Below are positions 16,758-26,547 of a stretch of DNA of 64,000 nucleotides, piece after piece (within the stretch, counting starts at the first letter, position 1; each line of letters starts with the position of its first letter). The DNA comes from a virus (Duplodnaviria > Caudoviricetes). The notes under the pieces are model-generated. The model ran no database searches. It worked only from the letters and a program-made list of their open reading frames with translations, and was not told where the DNA came from. The stretch is from positions 16,926-80,925 of IMG/VR virus record IMGVR_UViG_3300037466_001335. One strand, written 5' to 3'. Position numbers and translations under genes: made by a program.

Positions 16758-17167
16758 GTTTGAGTGTATTTATGCACTTTGTTTGGTGCAAGAGCGAAGC
16801 GAATACAAGAGACAAGATAAATGCCTCTGTGTGAGGCAATACATTGCATCTGCTAGATGTACCATGCGAGAGACAGCAAACATATCACACCTACGACACA
16901 CGCAACAGCTAGCATCGTACAAATAATCTTGATCGCATATTTATAGTTATAGGTAGCCTCCGTCATACAGCCTCCAAAATCTTATATCCTACATCTGACG
17001 TTTGAATAGCAAGCCTACAGTTGCGAGTGACATATTGTAAAACTTGCTTCACATGCTCTAAATCATCTGTGAACTCACAACTTGTGTATCGACCTCCAAG
17101 AGATAAATTTACTAACAATGTTTGCTCGTAACTATTTGTGTACAGCAAAGCGTAGAGTTTCTTCACA

Positions 17168-17326
17168 CTACCAATCCCCATTCCCGATGTTAAGATACTG
17201 GTCTAAGGCATAACCCCATCCTGATAACCACATATAGTAATCATCTGTGCCGACCGGGTAGGGATTATCTACAGACTTCTGCTGAGCATTGTAAGCCTCG
17301 TAGCCTTCACTAAATGGTGTTGTCAT
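17168..17326 (-). CDS. Rmf/CrpP-fold small protein
   Basis: 52 aa FSEGYEAY..NPY..G..WLSGW pattern matches the RMF G-Y-A..PY..W..GW signature; below ORF-track cutoff. Confidence 0.6.
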   Translation of the reverse strand: MTTPFSEGYEAYNAQQKSVDNPYPVGTDDYYMWLSGWGYALDQYLNIGNGDW

Positions 17327-18006
17327 CGTCGTCTACTCTATTCTATCACGCCAATGAATTCCACCGTCTTTAGCACACCTAATAGCCTGTTCTAATTTGC
17401 GTATCATTTCTTCAGCATCTGATATGCTCTGCAATCGAATTGAAAATGTACAATCGTCAGATATACAATATTCAATGTATATCATGTCAAGCATGACACT
17501 TATTTCAATATCCATGTTTAATCCCCCGTCCTATCCCTCGGCACATCCCCTTGCCAAAACCCTGTATTCTCTAATGGGTCATCCATCCACCGGTCCCATA
17601 CCTCACACCCATCATACCCAAAATCTAGGCACACAGCGCATCAGCGCAAACGTGATGTTTCTTGCAAAGGGTTTTAAGCTCTGCAATAAAGTTGTCATAT
17701 TTGGTCGTCATTTGTCGCCTCAATAACCGTTCACGACATATTCTGGCAACCCATCGCACAGCCCCTCACGCTTAAGAATTGGCAACACTTTAGCCGCAAT
17801 CTCTGCATTCGATAACCCTTTGTGCTTGCTGAAAACGTCTTTCATAAGCTCTTTCTGTCTCTCTTGAAACTTAGAAAGCTTGGTAAGGTAGTCCGCCCAT
17901 TCTTCCATACCTTGCTTGCCTTGCATAGCTGCTGCAACCATATCAGCGTAGTTAGTCATCTTATCCTCCCTTTCCGGCCTCGCCCTCTGCGCTGCCCGTG
18001 TGATGT

Positions 18007-18036
18007 ATAGTAGAACACAAAAGGAAAGCTTGTCAA
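18007..18036 (-). promoter_or_regulatory. sigma70 promoter
   Basis: TTGACA-18-TACTAT. Confidence 0.7.
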
Positions 18037-18070
18037 GCCTTACACCAACTCTATTTAAGATACATCATGA

Positions 18071-18313
18071 TTAAATAACACCGATTGCGGCGAAATCATC
18101 ATAAGACATCGTTGAAAGCTGTTCAAAAGTCAAATTAGAAATAATCTTGGCATTCTCCCAATGTTCACCGGGCCGCATCGGCCGTGCCAACTGCGTGGCA
18201 CACAAAATAAACCAATGTGGAAATTCGTTCTTATCATAATTTTCCAAATCTTCTGGAACTTTGATGCTTGCTTCGTTTGCGGCTGCAACTAGCATTTGTG
18301 GAAAAATCAACAT
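18071..18313 (-). CDS. hypothetical protein
   Basis: GAGGAGG RBS, 80 aa. Confidence 0.75.
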   Translation of the reverse strand: MLIFPQMLVAAANEASIKVPEDLENYDKNEFPHWFILCATQLARPMRPGEHWENAKIISNLTFEQLSTMSYDDFAAIGVI

Positions 18314-18343
18314 ATATCCTCCTCATGTGTTAACCATGCACCC

Positions 18344-18372
18344 ATTCTATCTAAGCTTTTTAAGCCTGTCAA
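18344..18372 (-). promoter_or_regulatory. sigma70 promoter
   Basis: TTGACA-17-TAGAAT. Confidence 0.8.
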
Positions 18373-18519
18373 GCGCCATATCAATCTTATTTTCGTCACG
18401 CGTCACACAAAACAAAAAGGCCACACTACCCATTGCTGGAAAGCATGGCCCCGCGCCGCACGTTAGGCAAAGTGTTAGAAAGTGGCGCATGAATAGGGTA
18501 GATGGTTTGTGATGGCATG

Positions 18520-18726
18520 TCAAGTATTGTGTTGTCCTTCCCAATCTTCTGCAATCTTGATGTCAACACGTTTGTTGCACGAAATGCAGGTAGGTATCGT
18601 CTTAGAGACTGTCCGCTGCATTTCTGCTAATGCTGATTCACCCCAAGCACCTACCATATCATAGGATATTACGAGTTTGTAAGAGAACCCAATGTCACTT
18701 CCACATTTTGGGCAACAATCTTTCAT
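18520..18726 (-). CDS. zinc-ribbon protein
   Basis: CPKC and CISC pairs. Confidence 0.65.
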   Translation of the reverse strand: MKDCCPKCGSDIGFSYKLVISYDMVGAWGESALAEMQRTVSKTIPTCISCNKRVDIKIAEDWEGQHNT

Positions 18727-18916
18727 TCCCCACCCCCAAACACATCCTCCTCACTCTTCCGCATCCCCTTCAAGCTAAGCGCTCGATACGTCCTATAATA
18801 TTTCTTCCACACCATCTTTTCACGCTCCCATTTCTTTCTGCTGTTACGTGGAACTAACACCATAGCATACATGGCTTGTTTGCCGCCATAGTGGCCTTCT
18901 CTGGCATTGCGTGATG

Positions 18917-19174
18917 TCATCTGATGTTCCCTTCCTCGTCAATATTAGCATTAGCAAAAGCTTCCTCGACAAGCATTTGTGCAGCTTCAATGATGCCGAT
19001 GCCTGTCAGGTAAGACAATCCAGCTTCCGCAATGCACCATTGTTGCAAAGATTCGTCGTCAGTGTCAAGCCATGCATTTACCATTTCAACAGTTGGAAAA
19101 GCTCCGGCGCAGAGCAGACACAGCACTTCTATAAAACGTTGCCTTGTTTTATAAGATTTCCAATTCAATTCCAC
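18917..19174 (-). CDS. hypothetical protein
   Basis: GAGGAG RBS, 85 aa. Confidence 0.7.
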   Translation of the reverse strand: MELNWKSYKTRQRFIEVLCLLCAGAFPTVEMVNAWLDTDDESLQQWCIAEAGLSYLTGIGIIEAAQMLVEEAFANANIDEEGNIR

Positions 19175-19290
19175 AATAGTTTCTCCTCACATCTTAAAGC
19201 GATTGTAGGCGTTCGTCGAGCCCGGACATAGTTCGCAACGTCTTTGTTACGATCGTTGAATGTAGGCCCGTTTGGTGCTTCCTAGGGCTA

Positions 19291-19932
19291 TTATGGATGC
19301 CACCCCGGCACATTCAGGCGAACAACAGTGCGGATGCAATCATGTGGCACTGCTACGCTCTCGTGCAACATCGTTACATTGCCAGCATACACAACACCGG
19401 CTTGCATATCAAGACATTCGAGAGATGACAAGTTAATGTGTGCGCAATCCCCGCCGTCTTTAGGCTTTCCAACAAACTCACCATTATAAGCTTTTGCTGC
19501 CGTTACAGAAGAGGCAAGAATGATCCCTTCTTGTTGTTCGTAGCTTGCCTCTTCCCAGCTTTGCGCCATACTAATATGACTTCTTCCGGGCCATCCTCCG
19601 TGTGTCGGTTGAGATTTATGACTCGGCATACCACCGTGTGCGCTAATCCCTCGATGTCCTCCATGTGCAGAAATTCCGGGATTCCAATAACCGTCGATGT
19701 GCACGCCAGGACGACGGTGCGGGTTACCAGCTTTAACAACGCTTTGATCGACCATCAAATAGATAGGCCCATCAGTATCAACACCATCAAGCATTGCATC
19801 CACAGTGTTTTGCCAATGTTTGATATCTGTCGGTAAACCTTTGTGTTTGTAGAATTCACGCATATAGATGCGTTCACCAATTTGATTTGCAAATTTTACG
19901 TTTCCGCGCTGCTGCACTACACTTTTTAACAT
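19291..19932 (-). CDS. putative 2OG-Fe(II) dioxygenase-like protein
   Basis: RRPGVHIDG (HxD), distal LHES (His) and RTVVRL (2OG-binding Arg); His/Gly repeat insert. Confidence 0.65.
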   Translation of the reverse strand: MLKSVVQQRGNVKFANQIGERIYMREFYKHKGLPTDIKHWQNTVDAMLDGVDTDGPIYLMVDQSVVKAGNPHRRPGVHIDGYWNPGISAHGGHRGISAHGGMPSHKSQPTHGGWPGRSHISMAQSWEEASYEQQEGIILASSVTAAKAYNGEFVGKPKDGGDCAHINLSSLECLDMQAGVVYAGNVTMLHESVAVPHDCIRTVVRLNVPGWHP

Positions 19933-20230
19933 TTTAATTTCTCCTATCATCCCGCATTAAACGATTAGATAAAGCTTCATTGCACACCTCGAAGAGAAAC
20001 CACCTTCAAATGACAGCCCTTACGAGGTACATACGAATACTCCTCCTCAAACATTGGCTCATCTTCCCAATAGTTTCCCCATCCGTCCATATGCCTGTAC
20101 TGAACATCTCCTGTTTCTTTGTGGATACGCATCGAGTAGTCCAAATTGTAATACCACTGATCGGCAAATAAATAATTGAGGATAGCTTTAATGGTTTTCA
20201 TGATTGCCTCCGTTGTGTTAATGTAGAGCT

Positions 20231-20259
20231 AGTGTAGGTGCTTAAAAGGCTTGTGTCAA
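20231..20259 (-). promoter_or_regulatory. sigma70 promoter
   Basis: TTGACA-17-TACACT. Confidence 0.75.
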
Positions 20260-20708
20260 GCTTTATTTGCACGCTCGTTAGCGATGTTCATTTATCAATC
20301 TCCGTCAAAATAAACTCAACCTTGTGCACAGACAGTCGCGGCAGATATTGCCATGCATCATCAACCATGTAGTCTGTAGCCTCAGCAATACATGAAAACA
20401 CTTTAGCGCCTAATACAGAATTTGTGAGGAACATGTGGCCGTGATACTCTGCAATATATTCTTCGGTTTGTTTGTCATACAAAACATAATATGTCATTGC
20501 ACCTTCTCCCAATTGATAAAATCTGCAGGCTCATCGGAGCACCCTTTCAAGCTTTTCGCAAGAGTAAGAATCAATTCTTCTGTAAATTGCACATCAGCAA
20601 CCGCTGAATCTAGGTCAACAATAAATTCTTTCAGTTGCTCATGCGAGAGTGTGGATAGATTGTCGATTAGCGGCTCTGTGTCAAGCTCGATTTGTGCGTA
20701 AAATGTAG

Positions 20709-21014
20709 TCATTCTTCATTCTCCCTAATGTATTGCCTTACAGCGGCATCTGCACACATGCGAAGCGCAACTGTTGCAACTCCTTCGTTGCCTTCCACCT
20801 TATGTGCAGCACTCCAGATGTTGCATAGTTGCTCGTATGACAAACTACTCTTCGGATATTCCTTTTCTGGCTTGATGCGGTATTCTGCGTCTTCATCCCA
20901 AGTTGGGGCACTACTGAGTGTGTGCCAAGAACTAAAAGATTCATTCCAATATTGAATCTCTGCCCCATCGGCCCAGGCGTGGATTAGTGCTGCATGACGG
21001 TGTGGTTTCATCAT
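20709..21014 (-). CDS. hypothetical phage protein
   Basis: HAALIHAWADGAEIQ..W..PTW..YRIKP pattern recurrent in phages. Confidence 0.7.
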   Translation of the reverse strand: MMKPHRHAALIHAWADGAEIQYWNESFSSWHTLSSAPTWDEDAEYRIKPEKEYPKSSLSYEQLCNIWSAAHKVEGNEGVATVALRMCADAAVRQYIRENEE

Positions 21015-21636
21015 TCCTCCGTAGTTAATTCATCAATCATCTTAAACAATTCATCCCTCGCCCTATCACGTTCCGCTAGAGCCACTTCCAATTGCGATTC
21101 TGTCCCTTTCCCTTGATAAAACTGTATCATTGCTGTCACTTCGGAGAAATAGGACATCTTAAGCTTTAGCGTGTGTGCTTGTTGTTTGTTCATTAATCCT
21201 CCCCTTCTGGCTTAGTCCAAGAAATGATTAGAAAATGATCCTTCCATAATTCTAGCTTGACAATGTTAGGCTCGGTAGCTTTCAGACGATACAACATTCC
21301 CATTTGAGCCGAATCGTTCCCGTAATGTTCATACGGCACAGCATCAGGCGCTTGTGAGCTATACCACCATTTTAGAGTAAGCATGTCATTTCCCCTTCAT
21401 TCTGACAATCTGCTGAATTATGTCAACAGGAACGTTGTTTTCTAGCAAGCTATTCACAAGCTCTAGCCGCTCGGTGCATTTCGGCCATTTACGAATCCAC
21501 AACAAAGGTTTGCTATGCTCACTGTACACACGTGCCACCACTGAGCCATCATCGCGCCGAACAGTGACGTTTGCCAACTGTTTCTTGGATGAATTACTGC
21601 TAAAAACTTTGTAGATACCGTGTTGTTCTGCCATGA

Positions 21637-21882
21637 TTACATCTCCCGCATTGCTGCTTTGATCGTCGTTACGCTGTATGGTGCGCCGTCCGGTGTATGG
21701 GTAATGCCATCAGCTTTCAAGTGCGACAGGACAGCTTTTGCCACATCATCGGCCGTGTATCCTCCACGATGCCGCGCGGCCATTTTGTAATTGCGTGCGA
21801 GACGATACAACCCCTCATCGTTATTGATCCACAGAGATACATTCCAGTGGTTCCAATTTTTATGTCCGTTAAACTTTGCCAT
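21637..21882 (-). CDS. hypothetical phage protein
   Basis: FNGHKNWNHWNVSLWINNDEGLY pattern; AGGAGA RBS. Confidence 0.75.
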   Translation of the reverse strand: MAKFNGHKNWNHWNVSLWINNDEGLYRLARNYKMAARHRGGYTADDVAKAVLSHLKADGITHTPDGAPYSVTTIKAAMREM

Positions 21883-21929
21883 GATGTTCTCCTTGTTTGT
21901 TAGCGCCCTATGCGCCTTCCATGTAGAGC

Positions 21930-21958
21930 ATCTTAGACCAGCACACGAAGCCCGTCAA
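21930..21958 (-). promoter_or_regulatory. sigma70 promoter
   Basis: TTGACG-17-TAAGAT. Confidence 0.7.
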
Positions 21959-22015
21959 GCCACCAAAGCACAAATAGTTAGAGTGTCGCCTCTAAATTAT
22001 CTAGTAAAATTCTTG

Positions 22016-22045
22016 TTGACATATCATCCGTAAGAGTGATATTCT
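22016..22045 (+). promoter_or_regulatory. sigma70-like promoter oriented against the early block
   Basis: TTGACA-18-TATTCT with extended -10 TG. Confidence 0.5.
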
Positions 22046-22126
22046 GTGTCCATCAGTTCAAGAGTGGCTTTGCCGCTAATCCAGAGATTGATTAATCCAC
22101 CCCTGCGCGATTGGTTTGTGAGCGGG

Positions 22127-22152
22127 CAAAAAGAAAGCGCCCCGAAGGGCGC
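22127..22152 (-). terminator. intrinsic terminator (cUUCGg loop)
   Basis: gcgccc-ttcg-gggcgc then T tract on minus strand. Confidence 0.85.
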
Positions 22153-22156
22153 ATGC

Positions 22157-22570
22157 TCATACATCAAACTCAACTAACGCAAGGAACCCGCTAGTATCCA
22201 CTGTAACACCGCTGGGAACGTCGTTTAGCTTGAGGATACCGTCTTTAAAGTGATCCTTGCGAATCCTTGCCAGCATGCCTAGGAACAGGTCAGAGTTGGC
22301 GTACGATCCATACTTAGCATGTGTGCGGAAAGCATGCATATCGCAATGAGAACGTTTCAACACTGGCACAGAGATATACTCGTAAGCAAGCGTGTCGTCC
22401 ATGTTGAACATCTGTTGCGGTTTTGCGCGGAAAGAGATTTTAGCCATGTTATCACCTAATACTTGCACTAACTGTATATCCGTTGCATTTAGTAATATAG
22501 ACGTTCCAACCGTCAATACTGATGATGTAATCTCGCCAGTGGCCGTCTTCAGTTTCCCAACGTTTATCAC
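22157..22570 (-). CDS. hypothetical protein
   Basis: 137 aa ORF ending at terminator. Confidence 0.65.
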   Translation of the reverse strand: MINVGKLKTATGEITSSVLTVGTSILLNATDIQLVQVLGDNMAKISFRAKPQQMFNMDDTLAYEYISVPVLKRSHCDMHAFRTHAKYGSYANSDLFLGMLARIRKDHFKDGILKLNDVPSGVTVDTSGFLALVEFDV

Positions 22571-22896
22571 TTACAATCGTACCGTAGCGAAGACAGTGTT
22601 TTGCGAAAGCTTCGGGCGGTTGGCTGTACATAAACATAGTAGTGCTCATAGTTTCACATCCACATGATAGAAGGTTGATTACGTCCAGCCGCGCGCGCCA
22701 TTCGGCAGGCTTTATCAAAATGTTCTAGGCAAGCTTCCTTGGCTTTCTTCGCGTCGTCAAAACGTCCGATCTTTACAGGTTTTTGGTCATAGTCGTCTCC
22801 GTCATCTTTAATCTTGTGCAGCGATGCAAGGCCGTTTGCGATGTAGTAGCAGTAGATCATTTTGTTACCCCTTCTCGTTTCGTTGAACATGTAGCC

Positions 22897-22925
22897 ATAT
22901 TAGAGCATGCAATCTGACGTGTCAA
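22897..22925 (-). promoter_or_regulatory. sigma70 promoter
   Basis: TTGACA-17-TAATAT. Confidence 0.8.
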
Positions 22926-23055
22926 GCACTAAAAGCAAAACAAGCAAATTTCTTAGTGTTTTATGCGCCTCTATATAGCATGTCTCTAGGACGCATACAT
23001 CTAGGATGAACATGTAGCGGTCATACAGCTAAACCCTGGCTATCCGCTGTAGCGA

Positions 23056-23085
23056 TATTCATTATCACGACATTCATTATCACGA
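23056..23085. repeat. 15 bp tandem duplication
   Basis: (t/c)attcattatcacga x2. Confidence 0.85.
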
Positions 23086-23693
23086 TAAGCATTAAAAACA
23101 AAAGCCCGCACAAAGGCGAGCTAACAAGAATTTCCAAATTGTAAATACCCCCCCCGTTAATCCCAAGCCCTAAGCATTCCTGGCTCGGCAACGAATTTCT
23201 CCTCATAATCGTTTTTACAACTTGAAAATAAAATCATCCCTCCATTTTCACCCTCCTAGCCGCCATCCCTTGAAATTCCCAATAGAATGGATCAATCACC
23301 ATGTGAGTGTTTAGCATCCTAACACGTCCTCTTGATCCGTAATTCTTGAGGACAACATATTCGTCCTCGCAGAATTCTATAATGTCTAGCGGCTTGAAAC
23401 GTTCCTCTTTATTTGTTGTGCCTAACACTTTCCTCATATTCCCTTCTCCATTTACGGCATGATAAGAAGATAACGAGCAGCTTGTACGAATGTTCGCATT
23501 TCAACTGGCAAGTCCCACTTGTCGTCAAACTGGTATCGCAAGTTAAGATGCTCCATCTGTTGAGGCCAATCCTTACCGGCAGATGCTTGGTTGATGTAAG
23601 CGTAAAGTTCGTAGCCCTGCACGCTTAGAATTGTAATTTCATCTTTCGATAGTTCGGCCATCCCACTCTCCTGTGATTTTGTTTAGTGTGCAC

Positions 23694-23723
23694 ATTGTAG
23701 AATGGGAATGGTGTGTTAGTCAA
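23694..23723 (-). promoter_or_regulatory. sigma70 promoter
   Basis: TTGACT-18-TACAAT. Confidence 0.65.
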
Positions 23724-24112
23724 GTGTTTGTTTGCTTTAGATTCGATAGCTCGCGCTCAAGCTTGCGGATACGGGCGGCATACGAAGCGGCGAGCATGCG
23801 CAATTCGGCAATCTCGGCATCTTTGAAATAGCCCGTGCCGTGCATCTGCTTCGACGCCTCCGTGTTGTAGTGGTCCGCCATGCGTTCGGGCCAACGCTTC
23901 GGCAGGGTGATATCTGCGATATCTTCCCCAATAGGGGAGGAGACAGGAGCGGTTGTATCCACTGACGTGTCTACTGTGCGGCGGGCAAATGCACGTTTTC
24001 GTGCGCAGGGCCAGACATTACCCACTTCGTCGAAGCAAATGTCGCAAGTCTTTCTACAGGCTTCCTCGTCAAACGCCGCGCGCTCTGCGTCCATGTTCAG
24101 TTCAGTGCTCAT
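23720..24112 (-). CDS. hypothetical protein (GC-rich patch)
   Basis: AGGAGA RBS; LNMDAERAAF..AEIAELR temperate-phage-like style. Confidence 0.7.
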   Translation of the reverse strand: MSTELNMDAERAAFDEEACRKTCDICFDEVGNVWPCARKRAFARRTVDTSVDTTAPVSSPIGEDIADITLPKRWPERMADHYNTEASKQMHGTGYFKDAEIAELRMLAASYAARIRKLERELSNLKQTNT

Positions 24113-25050
24113 TTCTTCTCCTGTTCCGCGTTGGAGGCGATTGCTGCGTCGATGGCGGCGCGCTTGTTTGCCCCTTTGCCGGCGATCCGTCCGCGTGCGT
24201 CCAGCAGGTAGAATTCCTGGTCGATGATCTCGAAATGAAAACCGCTGATGTTCAGTAGCAGGTCCAGCCGTGCCGTATCGCGGCTGTCCTTTTCCGCAGA
24301 TGGGGAAGGAGCGGCGCGGTTAGAATCGATTGCGACGCGCGTATAGTTCAGCAGCGCTGGCATGCCGATAGTGCCCTGAGTAGCCTTTTGCCAGCTATCG
24401 GCATTCCATGTGAAATACGAGTTCGCTAACTCGAACACCTGTTCTCCAGATCGCAAATCGAAAGGCACCGCAGAAGCAGTCTGTTTGATATGCCTAACAC
24501 AGGCATCCCAGCCACCTCCCCAATAGTCGAGCGGCTTCCAGCCAACGTGGCTATCGTTCTTAAATCGCTCGTTGAACGATTCCTCGATTTGCGCCCGCTC
24601 ATCCGCCAGAGGTGCGCCCGAAGCTTGTCCGGTAAGCGCGGGAGGTTGGGTGGCGATTGCGTTGTTTGCGAAAAGCGGGACCGGCGAATGCTTCACGCCG
24701 TGTTTATCCATCACGCTGTCTATGTCGCCATCGCTGAAAAGTGCGGCCTCCCATGCAACGGTTCCTTCCAGTTGCGGAACCAGTTCTGGCGGGCAACTTG
24801 TGCGTGCACCTTCAAACGTCAGCAGCTTCGGAACCAGCCATGCATCTGGCTTCTGGCCATCAGCCCCGGCAGCGGCTGTTCCGTCGCTCCCGCTGGCCTT
24901 ATTATGCTCCAACACAATCTCACACGCAGCATGTCGAGCGTCACGATGGCCTTCTCTGTATGCGTAGTATTCCTGTGTAGTGGCAAAGTGTGACAGAGTT
25001 TTCTTTGTAGTGATGTTCATAATATCCATGTTCAGCTTGTCGATGTTCAT
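24109..25050 (-). CDS. mosaic hypothetical protein (GC-rich patch)
   Basis: GGAG RBS; KPDAW..PLF and DTARLDLL..RAAIDAAIA segments typical of temperate-phage accessory proteins. Confidence 0.7.
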   Translation of the reverse strand: MNIDKLNMDIMNITTKKTLSHFATTQEYYAYREGHRDARHAACEIVLEHNKASGSDGTAAAGADGQKPDAWLVPKLLTFEGARTSCPPELVPQLEGTVAWEAALFSDGDIDSVMDKHGVKHSPVPLFANNAIATQPPALTGQASGAPLADERAQIEESFNERFKNDSHVGWKPLDYWGGGWDACVRHIKQTASAVPFDLRSGEQVFELANSYFTWNADSWQKATQGTIGMPALLNYTRVAIDSNRAAPSPSAEKDSRDTARLDLLLNISGFHFEIIDQEFYLLDARGRIAGKGANKRAAIDAAIASNAEQEKK

Positions 25051-25051
25051 T

Positions 25052-26077
25052 TCACTCTCCACCATTCAGAAGATACGAATTGCTCACAGCTTTGAACGAA
25101 TACTCGGGATTGCTCAGGCTCTTGAACACAACACCTTCTGCAATCTTGTTGTTGATGCTAGGACGTTCAGCGTACGCAAGGAAATCTTGCACAGATTTGA
25201 AAGCTGAAAGGTCGTCGTAGTCAATCACAGGAGTATGTTGCAACTCAAGTCGTTTGCAGACGGCATGTCGCACTTCTGCACCAAGATAGCGTTGTTCGTC
25301 AATATCAAAGATGTCAAACACACTAAACTCATGGTGCGCGATACCTTCCCAATTGCCATTGATACCACTACCCCACAATTCGCCCTGAATGGCGATGTTT
25401 TTACCGTACGCACGAAGCTTTTCTTCTAAGCCAAGTTCAACAGCTTTCTTGATGAAGGCGTTGTCTTTGTTCTCATCATTAATCTTCAGTTCCAGGTTAC
25501 GAGAGCATACACCAAAGTCACCGTTGTTGTAAAAGACCGTCATGCTGCTGCCGTCAATCTTAAGTGTCACTTCGTACACATCGTCCAAATGCTCTTGCGT
25601 GAAACTCTTGAACACGTTCTGGATGCGCTCTTGATCAGTCTTGCGGAGGAACGAAGGGAAGTATCCCTTGGCTTGCCCTGCAAGCTGGGGAGACAGGGGG
25701 CGCTCCCATTTTTGGATGTTGAGGGCTGCGCTAACGTCTTGGCCGACTACATCCGTATTGGTGGTGGGCGGAAGCTCGTAGACTACGCTCAGCGGAAGAA
25801 TCAACCCTTGGCTAAGTTCTCCACGAAGTTTGATCGAACGAAGCCTCTCACCCTTCACACCATTGTATTCGCGAGGCTCTTTACCTTTCGACAGGAATGG
25901 GGCAACTTCGTTAGGAATCCACGAATCGATTTCGCAGAAAACCACGGTCTCCCCTGTTTTATATTGCCCTTTTTCAACTACGCATTGCCAGCCACCGATT
26001 TTCGCAAGCTCAAGTTTTTCAGCGTTGTTGTGAGGGTGTACCAAATCAATTGTTTGAATAGTCGCCATCTGACGCAT
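25052..26077 (-). CDS. RNA ligase (DRB0094/Rnl2-like)
   Basis: N-terminal HPHNNAEKLELAKIGGWQCVV, KTDQERIQN, motif I KIDGSS, QGELWG, AEGVVFK, FKAVSN. Confidence 0.9.
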   Translation of the reverse strand: MRQMATIQTIDLVHPHNNAEKLELAKIGGWQCVVEKGQYKTGETVVFCEIDSWIPNEVAPFLSKGKEPREYNGVKGERLRSIKLRGELSQGLILPLSVVYELPPTTNTDVVGQDVSAALNIQKWERPLSPQLAGQAKGYFPSFLRKTDQERIQNVFKSFTQEHLDDVYEVTLKIDGSSMTVFYNNGDFGVCSRNLELKINDENKDNAFIKKAVELGLEEKLRAYGKNIAIQGELWGSGINGNWEGIAHHEFSVFDIFDIDEQRYLGAEVRHAVCKRLELQHTPVIDYDDLSAFKSVQDFLAYAERPSINNKIAEGVVFKSLSNPEYSFKAVSNSYLLNGGE

Positions 26078-26474
26078 TTAAATATCTCCTAGCTTTATCT
26101 AAAATATAAGGGTTGTCGTTAAACATACCAAGGCCTTTGTTGCAAGCATTGCACAACAAACCTCTCACCTTGTTTGTCTTATGACAATGATCTACTGCCA
26201 CAACATCCAGAGGTTGCCCCCGCTTTTTTAACGGCATTCTCATATCTATGCCGCAAATACCGCACTTCCCACACTGCGCAATCCACCAAGCTTCAAATTC
26301 TTCCAGTGTAATGCCATATTTCTTTTGGAGTTGCCAGTCTCTTGCGTAATGTGCCCGATCTGTGGAGTTGTTTGCAACCTTACATGCGGCACATCGCGTG
26401 TACTCAATACGAGTTACAAAATTTTCACAGTCCAAACACTTCTTTTTAGACACTCTGCGTTTTTCTTTTCTCAA
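26046..26474 (-). CDS. endonuclease VII-type HNH endonuclease
   Basis: KYGITLEE..QCGKCGIC..VDHCH..VRGLLCNACNKGLG. Confidence 0.88.
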   Translation of the reverse strand: MRKEKRRVSKKKCLDCENFVTRIEYTRCAACKVANNSTDRAHYARDWQLQKKYGITLEEFEAWWIAQCGKCGICGIDMRMPLKKRGQPLDVVAVDHCHKTNKVRGLLCNACNKGLGMFNDNPYILDKARRYLNASDGDYSNN

Positions 26475-26504
26475 GTTCTTCCTTAAGTTTGTTAAGATGG
26501 TCGT

Positions 26505-26534
26505 ATCTTATAGTAAGAATCTTATACTTGTCAA
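26505..26534 (-). promoter_or_regulatory. sigma70 promoter
   Basis: TTGACA-18-TAAGAT. Confidence 0.65.
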
Positions 26535-26547
26535 GAACTTTTCGCAC

